A stretch of 64,000 nt of DNA from Maribacter sp. (GTDB lineage: Bacteria > Bacteroidota > Bacteroidia > Flavobacteriales > Flavobacteriaceae). The position numbers were made by a program, and so were the translations under genes. Below, piece after piece: positions 47,455 to 57,892 of this stretch. The DNA is taken from NCBI GenBank assembly GCA_029287355.1, contig JARFRH010000054.1:10533-74532 (forward strand), read 5' to 3'. The stretch's first letter is position 1, and each line of letters begins with the position of its first letter. The notes under the pieces were generated by a model that saw only the letters and a program-made list of their open reading frames with translations, did no database searches and was not told where the DNA came from.

Positions 47455-49314
47455 TTAGTCTTTAGGCATTGCCTTAGGCTCCCATATATTGTTTTCCGCC
47501 TTCACATCGGCCATTAATTGAGATGGGTCGATCATGATGCCTTTGATATCCTCTATGGGGCGATCAACGGTAAAACCATAAGTCGTGTTTGTCCATGGCC
47601 AATCTTTCAAAACGGTACGTTTCAACTGTGGATATGGATTCTCTTTTTCACCGCGCATCATACGTAATGGCGCGTAAAAAGTCTCTTGAGTGCCATCCTT
47701 ATAAACCACTAAGATGTCAACTGGCATTGGCATGAGCCCGATTCGTTCCATTTCTATTTTCGTTTTGTTTCCGTCGGCGACGACTTCTTTGATGCCATAA
47801 TCGATGGTATTTGTTGTCTGAGTCCAATCCATAAGGTACCAGTCCAATTCCATTCCCGAGACCTTTTCAGCAGTTCGTTTAATATCATTGGGTACAGGGT
47901 GTTTGAACTTGAAATCGGCATAATATTTTCGAACGGTTTCCATAAGTTTGTCTTGACCGATTACGTAGCCTAGCTGCGATAAGAAGATGGCGCCTTTGCT
48001 GTAGGCGGAAATTCCATAAGCGGAGTTAGAATCGTATCGATCGGCATGAGTGGCCTGTGGCTGCTCTTTTCCTGAGTTCACCAAATAGTAATATCCTTCA
48101 TAGGAATTCTCAAAAGGGTTGTCCTTATTCTGTTCACGGATTTCATTACTACATAGTGCAGAAATAAAAGAAGTAAAACCTTCATCCATCCATTCATGTT
48201 TAGCCTCGTTGGTCGCTAGAACATGTTGGAACCATGAGTGGGCCAGCTCGTGAATCATGGTGCCAATGACACTGCCCGGTTTATCTCCGCCGGTAATCAA
48301 AGTTGCCATGGCATACTCCATTCCACCATCTCCGCCTTGAATCACCGAATATTGGTCATATGGGTATTCACCGATATTCTTGTTGAAAAAGCGCATTGCT
48401 TTTTCAGTTAATGGCTGAACTTTGGTCCATGTATCCCTAAACTTCTCATCGTTTTTGTACAAGAAATGAAGTGTTGGCCCATCTTCCATCTGCAAAGTAT
48501 CGTGTACGTATTCAGGGTCAGCGGCCCACATGAAATCATGCACCATTGGTGCTTTAAAATGCCAAGTCAAGGTTTTGCCTTTTTGCTTCTTTACTTTTGA
48601 ACCAACAGCTTCATAGCCATGGCCAATTTCTTGAGGGTTTTGCAAGTAACCCGTGCCTCCAACTATATAATCCTTATCTATGGTCAACTTTACATCGAAA
48701 TCTCCCCAAACGCCATGAAATTCACGCGCGATGTAAGGATCGGCGTGCCATCCTTCGAAATCATACTCCGCTAATTTTGGGTACCATTGACTCATGGATA
48801 ATGCCACGCCATCTTTATTGTTTCGCCCAGAACGACGAATCTGAACTGGTACCTGCCCCTTGAAATGCATTTCGAAAGTTGTTTGTGCTCCGGAAGGAAT
48901 TGGTTTCACCAAGTCCACCACCAAAACCGTTCCTTCTTCTGAAAAGGTCGCATCGGCCCCGTCTTGCCTAAGAGAAGTAGGATGTAAATAACCGATTTCG
49001 CTTTCCTTCAAAACAGCAATTCTACTTGATCTGTTTTCCTTGGTCATTCGACCATCGGGATCAGCTATGTTTTGCAAACGCATATCCATTTCACTGCCTG
49101 GTTGAAAAGCATTGAAGTACAAATGATAGTAAACCCGTGTTAATTCGTCGGGCGAATTGTTTGTGTATACGAGTTGTTGCGTGCCCGTATATTGGAAATT
49201 TTCGACGTTCATATCGACTTCCATCGTATAATCGACATGTTGCTGCCAATAGGAAGTATTTTGGGCAAAGCCAATTGCCGAAACGAAAAGTGCGAGTATG
49301 ATTAATTTCTTCAT
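47455..49314 (-). CDS. M1-family zinc metallopeptidase (secreted)
   Basis: 619 aa with a signal peptide. GGMEYAM, HELAHSWF and WMDEGFTSF give the GxMEN-like and HExxH-18-E arrangement. Confidence 0.85.
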   Translation of the reverse strand: MKKLIILALFVSAIGFAQNTSYWQQHVDYTMEVDMNVENFQYTGTQQLVYTNNSPDELTRVYYHLYFNAFQPGSEMDMRLQNIADPDGRMTKENRSSRIAVLKESEIGYLHPTSLRQDGADATFSEEGTVLVVDLVKPIPSGAQTTFEMHFKGQVPVQIRRSGRNNKDGVALSMSQWYPKLAEYDFEGWHADPYIAREFHGVWGDFDVKLTIDKDYIVGGTGYLQNPQEIGHGYEAVGSKVKKQKGKTLTWHFKAPMVHDFMWAADPEYVHDTLQMEDGPTLHFLYKNDEKFRDTWTKVQPLTEKAMRFFNKNIGEYPYDQYSVIQGGDGGMEYAMATLITGGDKPGSVIGTMIHELAHSWFQHVLATNEAKHEWMDEGFTSFISALCSNEIREQNKDNPFENSYEGYYYLVNSGKEQPQATHADRYDSNSAYGISAYSKGAIFLSQLGYVIGQDKLMETVRKYYADFKFKHPVPNDIKRTAEKVSGMELDWYLMDWTQTTNTIDYGIKEVVADGNKTKIEMERIGLMPMPVDILVVYKDGTQETFYAPLRMMRGEKENPYPQLKRTVLKDWPWTNTTYGFTVDRPIEDIKGIMIDPSQLMADVKAENNIWEPKAMPKD

Positions 49315-49327
49315 AAAAAATAAGGTA

Positions 49328-50959
49328 TTATAATTTGATTTTCCCGGCTGAAACCCTTTGGGCCATAATCAGGGCGTTATAGGCATTCGCTATTCTTCCT
49401 GATGTGGAGATTTCATCCAAGGTAGCCGTTTTTTCCGCTTCACCGCCCAAGATTACTTTTGCCTTAATAGGTAAACCGGATTTCATAATGATTTTTTTCA
49501 CTTGGGAAGCGGATAATTTTGGGTACTGTGAACGAATTAAAGCAGCCACACCCGCCACTCCTGGGGCAGCCATAGAAGTGCCAGGAGAATATTCGTAGGT
49601 GTTTTTCGGAAAGGTAGAGTAGATATCGGTACCGGGAGCAAAAACATCCACATTGATCTTTCCATAATTGGAATAGTCTGCGACCAAAGTTGAGCCATAT
49701 TTTGGGTCCAGGGCACCTACCGTAATCATGTTGTCTGCTATTTCAGGGCCATTATTTATCTGATCATTCGGAAAATTCGGATTGCTTGGGTCGTCTAGGT
49801 TCGCCCCGTCATTACCTGCTGCATGAACAAAAAGTACATCTTTCGAAGCGGCATATTTTATGGCCTCGTAAACCCAATCGGCATTAGGTGAAAAGGCTTT
49901 CCCGAAACTTCCATTGATGATTTTAGCACCATTATCAACGGCATACCGAATACCCAAGGCAATATCTTTGTCATATTCATCACCATTGGGGACAGCACGA
50001 ACACTCATGATTTTTACATTGTTGGCAACTCCGTTTGCACCTTTACCATTGTTGCGCTCCGCAGCAATAATTCCTGCAACATGGGTTCCATGGCTTTCAT
50101 CCATACCAGTACTTTGAGGATTTCCATTGCCGTAATTACGATTATTAAAATCGTACGGATCATCACCGACGACTATTCTGCCATCAAAGTTTACATTGTA
50201 ATGGTAATTCACTTGGTCAGAAAAGTGCTTTATACCCTCACCAAGTTCTTCGATTACATCAGGAATAGTATCATTAAAGGTATACATCTGCATTAAAACA
50301 TAGACATGTTGCCTTATTGCCGGGTCTTCCGATTTGATTCCGGAAACCTCTTTTTTGGTGTAAGCGTCTTTTCCTAATAGCTTTTTAACCGCGGCATCGG
50401 CACTTTTTACCACCTGAAGTATTTGTTCGGATTGCTGTTTGTTTTGAACTGCTTTGGCATATTCTTCATCAACTTTTGCCTTCGCCTTAGCTTGCATGGC
50501 GGCATCGCCAATTTTGAGTTTTACGATACGGGCCGCTTCCAGTTGTTCGTTGTAAGAATCTCCAAGAAAATTCCATCCATGAATATCATCCACATAACCA
50601 TTGTTATCATTATCTTTTCCATCTCCTGCTCTTTCGCCCCTATTCGTCCAAAGTACACCATCGAGATCTTCGTGCTTTAAATCTATCCCTGAGTCAAGAA
50701 CCGCTACGATGACCGTTTTTCCTTTTTTACTTCCAATGATTTCTTTATAGGCCTTGTCAATACTCATTCCGGGAATGGTATCCGCAACCAAATCTAAATG
50801 CCCCCAGTTCTTTTTCTGGGCCTCCGAGAGGTCACTTACTTTTAAAGGAGTTGCATCTATATTCGCAATAGGGGTAACCACCATAGTCGTAGCAGCGCAT
50901 GCGGTAAGCAAGACGGCCACGGAAAATCCGAAAAAAGACCTAAAAAATAAGCGTGTCAT
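49328..50959 (-). CDS. S8-family subtilisin-like serine peptidase lipoprotein
   Basis: 543 aa with a lipobox (LLTAC). Catalytic triad blocks VAVLDSGID, HGTHVAGIIAA and GTSMAAPGVAG. Confidence 0.9.
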   Translation of the reverse strand: MTRLFFRSFFGFSVAVLLTACAATTMVVTPIANIDATPLKVSDLSEAQKKNWGHLDLVADTIPGMSIDKAYKEIIGSKKGKTVIVAVLDSGIDLKHEDLDGVLWTNRGERAGDGKDNDNNGYVDDIHGWNFLGDSYNEQLEAARIVKLKIGDAAMQAKAKAKVDEEYAKAVQNKQQSEQILQVVKSADAAVKKLLGKDAYTKKEVSGIKSEDPAIRQHVYVLMQMYTFNDTIPDVIEELGEGIKHFSDQVNYHYNVNFDGRIVVGDDPYDFNNRNYGNGNPQSTGMDESHGTHVAGIIAAERNNGKGANGVANNVKIMSVRAVPNGDEYDKDIALGIRYAVDNGAKIINGSFGKAFSPNADWVYEAIKYAASKDVLFVHAAGNDGANLDDPSNPNFPNDQINNGPEIADNMITVGALDPKYGSTLVADYSNYGKINVDVFAPGTDIYSTFPKNTYEYSPGTSMAAPGVAGVAALIRSQYPKLSASQVKKIIMKSGLPIKAKVILGGEAEKTATLDEISTSGRIANAYNALIMAQRVSAGKIKL

Positions 50960-50977
50960 ATACTTATATTATTTGAT

Positions 50978-51901
50978 TTAGTGTATTCTTTTATAGTAAG
51001 CGCCTGCATGGTCCGCCTCAAAAACTTCGAAACAACCTCTATCCGCCATGGTTACAAAGCAGGTTTTCCCATTTTTGCCGCCAAAGGCGATATTCGATGG
51101 TTTTTTACCTTTTAACCGAATCTCTTTAATGATGTTTCCTTCAGGGGATACTATTGCAACGGTGCCCTTATCGTATCGGGTTACATAAAGATTACCCTTT
51201 TCATCGCAACGCATACCATCCATTCCGAAGTCTGCAAAAACAAGAAATTTGGTTTTGTCGGTGATTTGGCCATCTTCGGTAATATCATATTTCCAAATGT
51301 TTCGCTGTACAGATTCATTGACATACAAATGCTGTCCGTCAGGGCTTACTTCAATGCCATTGGTCGTGCCCATATCCGTCTCCAGTAAAACAATTTCACT
51401 GGAGGGATTCACCATCCAAATCTGGCCCGAATTTTCACTCCAGTTCGGATCACTTAGATAAATAGTGCCATTTGGCGCAATCGCCAAATCATTAGGTTGA
51501 TTCATATTGGGATTGTGTGCCCAAACGATTATTTCTGTGGAATCTTTTTTTACCTGCAAAACATTGTGTCCGATATAATCCGCAATAAACATATTGCCAT
51601 CTAAATCAAAACGTATGCCATTACCAATACTCTTGCCAGGGAGTTTTACAAAAACCGAACCCTCTCCTTTAGTATTAACTTTGCCAATAGTACCATCTTT
51701 GCCGAAGTTTACCGCATAGAGGCTTCCCTCATGGTCAACCGCAGGCCCCTCAATTCCGGCCGTAAAGGAGTTTTCCTCAGTAAAATCAACGCTTTGGACC
51801 CTTTGTGAGAAGCAGGATTGAAGCTGAAACATCAATAAAACACCGAATAGTATAGTATAAGAAAGTCTACTTGAAGAGTTCATCAAAACTAAATATTTCA
51901 T
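50978..51901 (-). CDS. SMP-30/gluconolactonase/LRE-like secreted beta-propeller protein
   Basis: The start is taken at the internal MKYLVLMNSS... (an alternative is MNSSS at 51883), which removes most of the overlap with the upstream gene. EGPAVD, PNDLAIAPNG, TNGIEVSPDG and PSNIAFGG are propeller motifs. Confidence 0.65.
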   Translation of the reverse strand: MKYLVLMNSSSRLSYTILFGVLLMFQLQSCFSQRVQSVDFTEENSFTAGIEGPAVDHEGSLYAVNFGKDGTIGKVNTKGEGSVFVKLPGKSIGNGIRFDLDGNMFIADYIGHNVLQVKKDSTEIIVWAHNPNMNQPNDLAIAPNGTIYLSDPNWSENSGQIWMVNPSSEIVLLETDMGTTNGIEVSPDGQHLYVNESVQRNIWKYDITEDGQITDKTKFLVFADFGMDGMRCDEKGNLYVTRYDKGTVAIVSPEGNIIKEIRLKGKKPSNIAFGGKNGKTCFVTMADRGCFEVFEADHAGAYYKRIH

Positions 51902-52727
51902 TGAGGCGCACGCCTTTTTCTGAATTTTGCAAGGTACAAATTTCGTTGTGGGCATCATGCTCTAAAAACAAATAATAGCCTTTCTCAACAGCCGTATTCA
52001 TAAAGCTGGTTTTTTCTTCCATCGTCAATAAGGGTCTTGTGTCGTAACTGGTACAATAGGCCACGGGAATATGCCCAACCGTTGGGACTAAATCAGCAGT
52101 AAAAACCAGAGTCTTACCCTTGTACTTGACATGGGGTATCATTTGTTTTTCGGTATGACCATCAGCAAATAGAATGTCAAAACCAAGTTCCGAGTTTTCT
52201 AGGAACATTTTTTTACCTCGCGATACGAATTTGAGCTGTCCGCTTTCTTCCATGGGTAACAGGTTTTCCCTTAAAAACGACGGCTTTTCACGAACATTTG
52301 GTTTTATGGCCCAATTCCAGTGATTTTCATCTGTCCAAAAAGTGGCATTTTTAAAAGCGGGTTCAAATGCTGTTCGGTCGCTGTTCCATTGAATGCTACC
52401 ACCACAATGGTCGAAATGCAAATGGGTCATAAACACATCGGTGATATCATCGCGGTGAAAACCATGTTTTGCCAATGATTTATCCAAGGTAAAATCACCC
52501 CAGCGATAGTAATACCCGAAAAACTTATCCGATTGTTTGTCGCCCAATCCGGTGTCAATCAAAATTAGACGGTCGCCCTCTTCTATCAACAAACTTCGCG
52601 CGGCGATATCAATTAGATTATTGCTATCCGCAGGATTTGTTTTTTGCCAAATGACCTTCGGAACGATACTGAACATGGCACCACCGTCGAGCCTAAAGTT
52701 ACCTGTTTCTATGGGGTAGATTTGCAT
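51867..52727 (-). CDS. MBL-fold metallo-hydrolase
   Basis: The start is taken at MQIYPIETGNF, which removes the overlap with the SulP gene. HxHxDH motif in THLHFDHCGG. Confidence 0.85.
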   Translation of the reverse strand: MQIYPIETGNFRLDGGAMFSIVPKVIWQKTNPADSNNLIDIAARSLLIEEGDRLILIDTGLGDKQSDKFFGYYYRWGDFTLDKSLAKHGFHRDDITDVFMTHLHFDHCGGSIQWNSDRTAFEPAFKNATFWTDENHWNWAIKPNVREKPSFLRENLLPMEESGQLKFVSRGKKMFLENSELGFDILFADGHTEKQMIPHVKYKGKTLVFTADLVPTVGHIPVAYCTSYDTRPLLTMEEKTSFMNTAVEKGYYLFLEHDAHNEICTLQNSEKGVRLNEIFSFDELFK

Positions 52728-52755
52728 AGGCACAAAATTACGTAAATGAATGGTA

Positions 52756-54954
52756 TTAAATAGATTCTCGAGTTGATACCAACTGAACAAGTTGACAAAA
52801 TTGTTTCCCGAAATAGAGCATTGCTTTAATTTCTTGAACACTCAAGAGCCGTTCTTTTTTTAAAATAAGTAAAGCCGAACCATTTGACTCAATATGATAA
52901 TAAGGATGACTTTCTAAAAATAGAATAAGGTCATCCGTGAATACGTTCCGAATTTCTTCGGGGTTTTCACCACTTAAATAAAAACGTTTATTAAAATCCG
53001 GGTGATTGTCCAAATCAATATCCCTGAAACCGGCCAATCCGTAAATAAATTCCAACAAACCCTCCTTATCCAAAGTAAAAATCGGGATTTTGTTCTGAAG
53101 CTGAATGTGCATTACCGTGGTTTTTACGACTTCTCGAGCGATAAATGCGCCTTCCGTGAATTCAACATCGAAGAGCTTGAAGTTTTGCTCCTTGTTGGCC
53201 AAGGTATTATATAAATAAGGGATTTGCCTTGTTCTAAAAAACACGAAATTCTTTAAAAAACCAGTATTCGTATTTTTCTGCGGTAAATAAGACCAGTGAA
53301 ATTCCTTTGCTGTGGTTTTAAGCAAATCTTGCCTCTTGGTAAAATAGCGATCAATAGGGTTCAGTTTTGCCAGAGGCAGTATTTTTCGAATCGCAAAAGG
53401 ATGTCTTGAATCAGCACCATGTTTATCTAATCCTATGATTTCTATAGTCCCGCCTTTCATAGAGAAGGTCTCCGTATAATTTTCCAAGCCTTCCATAACC
53501 GTATGGTCAACGAAGTTGCACATTGAAAAGTCTAGAACAATATTTTGGTTCTCAGGAATTACGTCCAACTTATTTTTGAGCTTATAGAAATTAAGAAAAC
53601 TGCAGAAGTACTTTACACTCACATAGTAATTATCACCATCGGCCTCTTTGAACATCAAAATATTAGGTTTGACCATATGGTTCAAGAACAAGGAAATACT
53701 TTTATTTAGTAACACATGTATTATAAAGGTTACTAAAATGCCGGCGCTAATACCTGTAATGAGATTGGTGAAAAGCGTTGTAAACAGGGTTGTCAGAAAA
53801 ATCACAATTTGTTCCCTACCTATTTTGGCTATTTTACGAAAGGTTTTCGGAGTGGCGAGCTTATACCCGGTATAAACCAAAATGGCAGCTAAGGCAGCAA
53901 GAGGAATTCGTTTGAGCTGTTCTTGAAATAAGAGCACGAAGGCCACTAAAAATAAGGCATGAAAAAGGTTGGAAGATTTATTTGTTGCACCATTATTGAC
54001 ATTTACCGAGCTTCTGGCAATCACGGTCACAACATTCAGCCCCCCTAAAAAACCACTTATGGCGGTGGCAATACCAAGGGCTTTCAAATCCTTATTTACG
54101 TTTGAGCGTCTTGCCAAGGGGTCTAATTTATCTACAGCCTTAATGCTCAATAGCGATTCTATACTTGCAATTAAGGTGATGGCAAAAACAGCTATGATGA
54201 AGTTTTTTTGGAGCATTATACTGAAGTCGGGAAAAGCAAGACTTGAGACAACATTATCGGGGATATTAACTAAATAACCCTCCGACATTGGATATGGAAT
54301 ATTAACACCTGAAAAAACGTAGCTGAAGGCAATAGACAGAATCAGTATCCACATAGGTGCCGGAATCAGTTGAAAATATTTGTTGCGAAGTTTTGAATAA
54401 AAAATCATAATGAGCAATGCCAACACGCCAATGCCGGCTGCAATGAGCTCTTCGAGATAATAATCTTGATACAAATTGAAAATGCCATTTGGAATTTGAG
54501 CTAAGAGCGATATGATGCTGCCGTGTTCATTATTATGCCCTATCATAATATGAAATTGCTTGGCCAAAATTCCGAGCCCTATGGCGGCCAACATACCTTC
54601 AATTGCAGAAGCCGGAAAGAAATCGGATAATCTCCCCATCTTTAAAAAGCCTAGAAGAAGCATTAAAACACCCGAAAACACGATGGCTGCCAAGGTAAAT
54701 AAATAACCCTGATAGAGGTCACCGTTCCCCAAGGTCGAAATAGCCCCTAACAACACTATGACGAGGCCATTTCCAGGTCCTGCTATAGTGACATTCGAAC
54801 CCCCTAGTATGGACATCATCACACCACCCACAACAGCGGCAATGATACCCGAAATCGGAGGCGCTTCACTTGCGAGGGCCAAACCCAGCCCTAGCGGTAG
54901 GGCAACCAAAGAAACTACAAAACCAGAAAATATATTCTTGGGCAGTGCCTTCAT
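52756..54954 (-). CDS. SulP-family anion transporter with STAS domain and an extra C-terminal region of about 220 aa
   Basis: The polytopic N-terminal half is SulP-like (LPLGLGLALASEAPP...). A STAS-like segment follows (YYVSVKYFCSFLNFYKLK...VLDFSMCNFVDHTVMEGL). The sequence from about aa 520 to the end was not recognised. The start is taken at the ATG MKALPKN. The listed ORF starts at a TTG 33 nt upstream. Confidence 0.75.
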   Translation of the reverse strand: MKALPKNIFSGFVVSLVALPLGLGLALASEAPPISGIIAAVVGGVMMSILGGSNVTIAGPGNGLVIVLLGAISTLGNGDLYQGYLFTLAAIVFSGVLMLLLGFLKMGRLSDFFPASAIEGMLAAIGLGILAKQFHIMIGHNNEHGSIISLLAQIPNGIFNLYQDYYLEELIAAGIGVLALLIMIFYSKLRNKYFQLIPAPMWILILSIAFSYVFSGVNIPYPMSEGYLVNIPDNVVSSLAFPDFSIMLQKNFIIAVFAITLIASIESLLSIKAVDKLDPLARRSNVNKDLKALGIATAISGFLGGLNVVTVIARSSVNVNNGATNKSSNLFHALFLVAFVLLFQEQLKRIPLAALAAILVYTGYKLATPKTFRKIAKIGREQIVIFLTTLFTTLFTNLITGISAGILVTFIIHVLLNKSISLFLNHMVKPNILMFKEADGDNYYVSVKYFCSFLNFYKLKNKLDVIPENQNIVLDFSMCNFVDHTVMEGLENYTETFSMKGGTIEIIGLDKHGADSRHPFAIRKILPLAKLNPIDRYFTKRQDLLKTTAKEFHWSYLPQKNTNTGFLKNFVFFRTRQIPYLYNTLANKEQNFKLFDVEFTEGAFIAREVVKTTVMHIQLQNKIPIFTLDKEGLLEFIYGLAGFRDIDLDNHPDFNKRFYLSGENPEEIRNVFTDDLILFLESHPYYHIESNGSALLILKKERLLSVQEIKAMLYFGKQFCQLVQLVSTRESI

Positions 54955-54983
54955 AAAATTGGTTGTGCGGTTGGTTTTTGCGG

Positions 54984-55847
54984 TCAATTTCTCTCTCTTA
55001 TGATTAATAGGTCTGTTGGAAGATCTGACAAGATGTATTCAATATCATGGGGGAAAATTCGGTCTAGAAGTCCGGTTTTTGTAGGAGCGTTCATCACGAG
55101 TAAATCAGCCCTTACAACTTCGGCATAATGACCGATAGAATAACCTCGTTTACCAAAAATACTTTGGGTTTTCACCTTGATATTTTTGGTCAAATAATCA
55201 GGCAAATCGGCAATAATTTTTCGTACTCTTGACTCTTCCCTCATCTTAAGTCGTTCTTTGACGAGATTTGCTTTTTTTAGGGAGCGGTCGTCCTCAACAA
55301 CTACCTTTATTTCTTTTTGTAGTATTTCTTCAACAACGGTCAGTTGTTGCGCTCCAAGGGCGTTGGCAACATAGAAGGCATCTGTAATGGCCAGAGAAGT
55401 CTCAGGGGCATCTAGGCCATTGACCACAACATGTTTACAAGGGACCCGTTCCTCAGAAGGCTTAATGAGTAGTAGTACTGAACAACAGACGTTACGAGTC
55501 AATTTTCTTGCAATTGAACCCACATAAAACTGAAATACATTCTCATGCTGCATGGCACCTAAAACCAATAGGTCAATAGCGGTATTTTCACAGGTGTTCA
55601 GAATAATATCGGATGGTTTACCAACCTTCCATTGGATTTCAATGGGGAGTTCGGGATATTCCGTTTTTTTTAAAATCGCATCAAGTTGTAACAGTTTTTC
55701 ATCCGTTTTTTCACCTACATGAAGCAATACCAACTTTGCCCCGAAATAATGGGCAATTCGAGTCGTTTCCATGAGGTTTGCAAGCAGTGAGGGAGAAAAT
55801 GCAAAACCGAAGAGAATAGTCTTAAAAGGTTTTATGCTATCTGGCAT
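54984..55847 (-). CDS. Tandem-domain universal stress protein (UspA family)
   Basis: 287 aa. Two Usp-like halves (ILFGFAFSP...LLVLGA... and HVVVNGLD...LLVMNAPTKTG). Confidence 0.7.
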   Translation of the reverse strand: MPDSIKPFKTILFGFAFSPSLLANLMETTRIAHYFGAKLVLLHVGEKTDEKLLQLDAILKKTEYPELPIEIQWKVGKPSDIILNTCENTAIDLLVLGAMQHENVFQFYVGSIARKLTRNVCCSVLLLIKPSEERVPCKHVVVNGLDAPETSLAITDAFYVANALGAQQLTVVEEILQKEIKVVVEDDRSLKKANLVKERLKMREESRVRKIIADLPDYLTKNIKVKTQSIFGKRGYSIGHYAEVVRADLLVMNAPTKTGLLDRIFPHDIEYILSDLPTDLLIIRERN

Positions 55848-55976
55848 GAACTGTTGTTGTAGGGCCTAATATAAGATAATAATTATGAAAGAAAACCGTA
55901 TTTTTTATTAGGCAATTCACCTATTTGGTTCTAGGCATTCCATCGGAAAAATGGTATTTTCATCGAAAAATAATTT

Positions 55977-57815
55977 ATGTTAGAGTTGGCGGGAATCATA
56001 ATTCTTGGGATCATCGCCCAGTGGGTAGCTTGGCGCATGAAATTACCGGCTATATTACCACTGATATTAATTGGTCTTTTGGTAGGGCCAATAGCGAGCT
56101 TATATACCGAAGATGGCGGAAAGTTAATTGAGCCGATTTGGACGGGTGAAAAAGGATTATTCCCAGGTGAGGGACTATATTATTTTGTTTCACTGGCAAT
56201 CAGCATTATACTTTTTGAGGGCGGACTAACCTTAAAACGTTCGGAAATTAGAATTGTGGGCCCGGTTATTACCAAGCTTATTACCCTAGGAAGTATGGTC
56301 ACTTTCATTTGTGCGGGTGTAGCAGCACATTTTATTTTTGGATTAAGCTGGCAGATTTCCTTTTTGTTTTCCGCTTTGATAATTGTGACTGGCCCAACGG
56401 TCATAACACCTATTTTGAGAAACATTCCATTGAAAAAAGATATCTCCACTGTTCTGAAATGGGAAGGTATTTTGATTGACCCAATTGGCGCTCTGGTTGC
56501 GGTATTGGTCTTTGAGTTCATCAGTGTCGGTGAAGGACAGGCTTATACGGTAACTGCGCTTATCGAATTTGGAAAGATTTTATTATTCGGAGTCTCCTTC
56601 GGCTTCACCTTTGCCCACGGACTTGCCTTTGCCATTAAAAAGAATCTCATTCCACATTACCTCTTGAACGTGGCGGCCCTATCAGCAGTTCTTTTGGTAT
56701 TTGTGATGTCTGACATTTTCGCTCATGAATCTGGACTTTTAGCAGTTGTAGTTATGGGAATGGTTCTTGGAAATACGGATTTACCCAACTTGAAAGAACT
56801 ACTTTATTTCAAGGAGTCATTGAGCGTTTTATTGATTTCGATTCTGTTCATATTATTGGCTGCCAATATCAATATATCAGATTTGGAGTTGATCTATAGC
56901 TGGAAAACCGTATTGCTTTTTACTATTATTGTTTTCATCATACGCCCTATTGGGGTGTTCTTGAGTTCAGCGGGATCAGAACTCAAATTTAATGAGAAGC
57001 TATTCATCGGCTGGGTAGGCCCAAGAGGAATCGTAGCCGCTGGTATCGCCTCCCTTTTTGGCTCAAAGTTATTAGCCAGAGGAGAACCAGGGGCAGAATA
57101 CATTACACCTTTGGTTTTTATGATTGTACTGGGCACCGTGCTCCTGAACGCTACTACTGCCCGTTACTTTGCTCGAATAGTAGGGGTTTTTTTAAAGAAA
57201 TCAGAAGGAATCGTTATTATCGGTGCCTCAAAAATTTCTAGGATAATAGGGGAATACTTGAAATTGAATAATCGACATGTTGTACTTATCGACAACAACC
57301 AAACTAATATCACAAAGGCCAAACAACTAGGGCTTGAGGCTTTTACCGCAAATGTTTATTCGGATTCATTATCCGATAATATAGAACTGAATGATGTTGG
57401 GTATTTGATGGCCCTCACGGGAAACTCGGATATTAATAAATATGCGGTCAACAAGTTCGGTAAACAATTTGGGGAAAATGGTTCATTTAGGCTGGTGAAT
57501 GCGGATGAGATGAACGACCCCGGGAACAATCCTAAAGAAGGGTTATTTTCCCATACCGATGACTTCATAAAGTTGACGGAAACGGCTAGAAAGTATCCTG
57601 CAGTTCATGAAATCGAATTGAAAGACCAAGCTCATTATGAAGATCTTATTGAAATTACCAAGGCTGACGAAGATATCATCCCCATCTTTCTCAAAACCTT
57701 AGACGGTGACCTAAAGATTATTTCTTCGTATAGCGAGGAATTTACTGATATTAAAGAAGGCTATCAATTGGTGTATTTAGGTAAGTTTTTCGATGTAGAA
57801 GCGAAGGTCTCTTAA
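55977..57815 (+). CDS. CPA1 (NhaP-type) cation:proton antiporter with C-terminal TrkA-N/RCK-like domain
   Basis: 612 aa. MLELAGIIILGIIAQWVAWRMKLPAILPLILIGLLVGP is a typical NhaP start, followed by about 12 TM segments. The C-terminal Rossmann-like segment is VIIGASKISRIIGEYL...VVLIDNN. Confidence 0.85.
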   Translation: MLELAGIIILGIIAQWVAWRMKLPAILPLILIGLLVGPIASLYTEDGGKLIEPIWTGEKGLFPGEGLYYFVSLAISIILFEGGLTLKRSEIRIVGPVITKLITLGSMVTFICAGVAAHFIFGLSWQISFLFSALIIVTGPTVITPILRNIPLKKDISTVLKWEGILIDPIGALVAVLVFEFISVGEGQAYTVTALIEFGKILLFGVSFGFTFAHGLAFAIKKNLIPHYLLNVAALSAVLLVFVMSDIFAHESGLLAVVVMGMVLGNTDLPNLKELLYFKESLSVLLISILFILLAANINISDLELIYSWKTVLLFTIIVFIIRPIGVFLSSAGSELKFNEKLFIGWVGPRGIVAAGIASLFGSKLLARGEPGAEYITPLVFMIVLGTVLLNATTARYFARIVGVFLKKSEGIVIIGASKISRIIGEYLKLNNRHVVLIDNNQTNITKAKQLGLEAFTANVYSDSLSDNIELNDVGYLMALTGNSDINKYAVNKFGKQFGENGSFRLVNADEMNDPGNNPKEGLFSHTDDFIKLTETARKYPAVHEIELKDQAHYEDLIEITKADEDIIPIFLKTLDGDLKIISSYSEEFTDIKEGYQLVYLGKFFDVEAKVS

Positions 57816-57892
57816 AACTGCAGAGCAAATTTTTGAGAGGTTTCAAAATTACAGGATGTTTTTTAGTGCTTAGTTTTTCTTTTGACGAGGAA

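Noticed and set aside
47452-47457. Convergent AstE-like and M1 peptidase genes abut with zero intergenic nucleotides (TAG then TTA).
   Set aside because: This is real in the sequence, but tail-to-tail abutment is common in compact genomes. It implies nothing specific beyond the absence of an intrinsic terminator.
40800-51901. Paralogue pairs (two SMP-30/lactonase genes and two DinB-family genes) as evidence of a duplicated cassette.
   Set aside because: The copies are highly diverged, sit in different gene contexts and lack flanking repeats. This fits ordinary family expansion rather than recent duplication.
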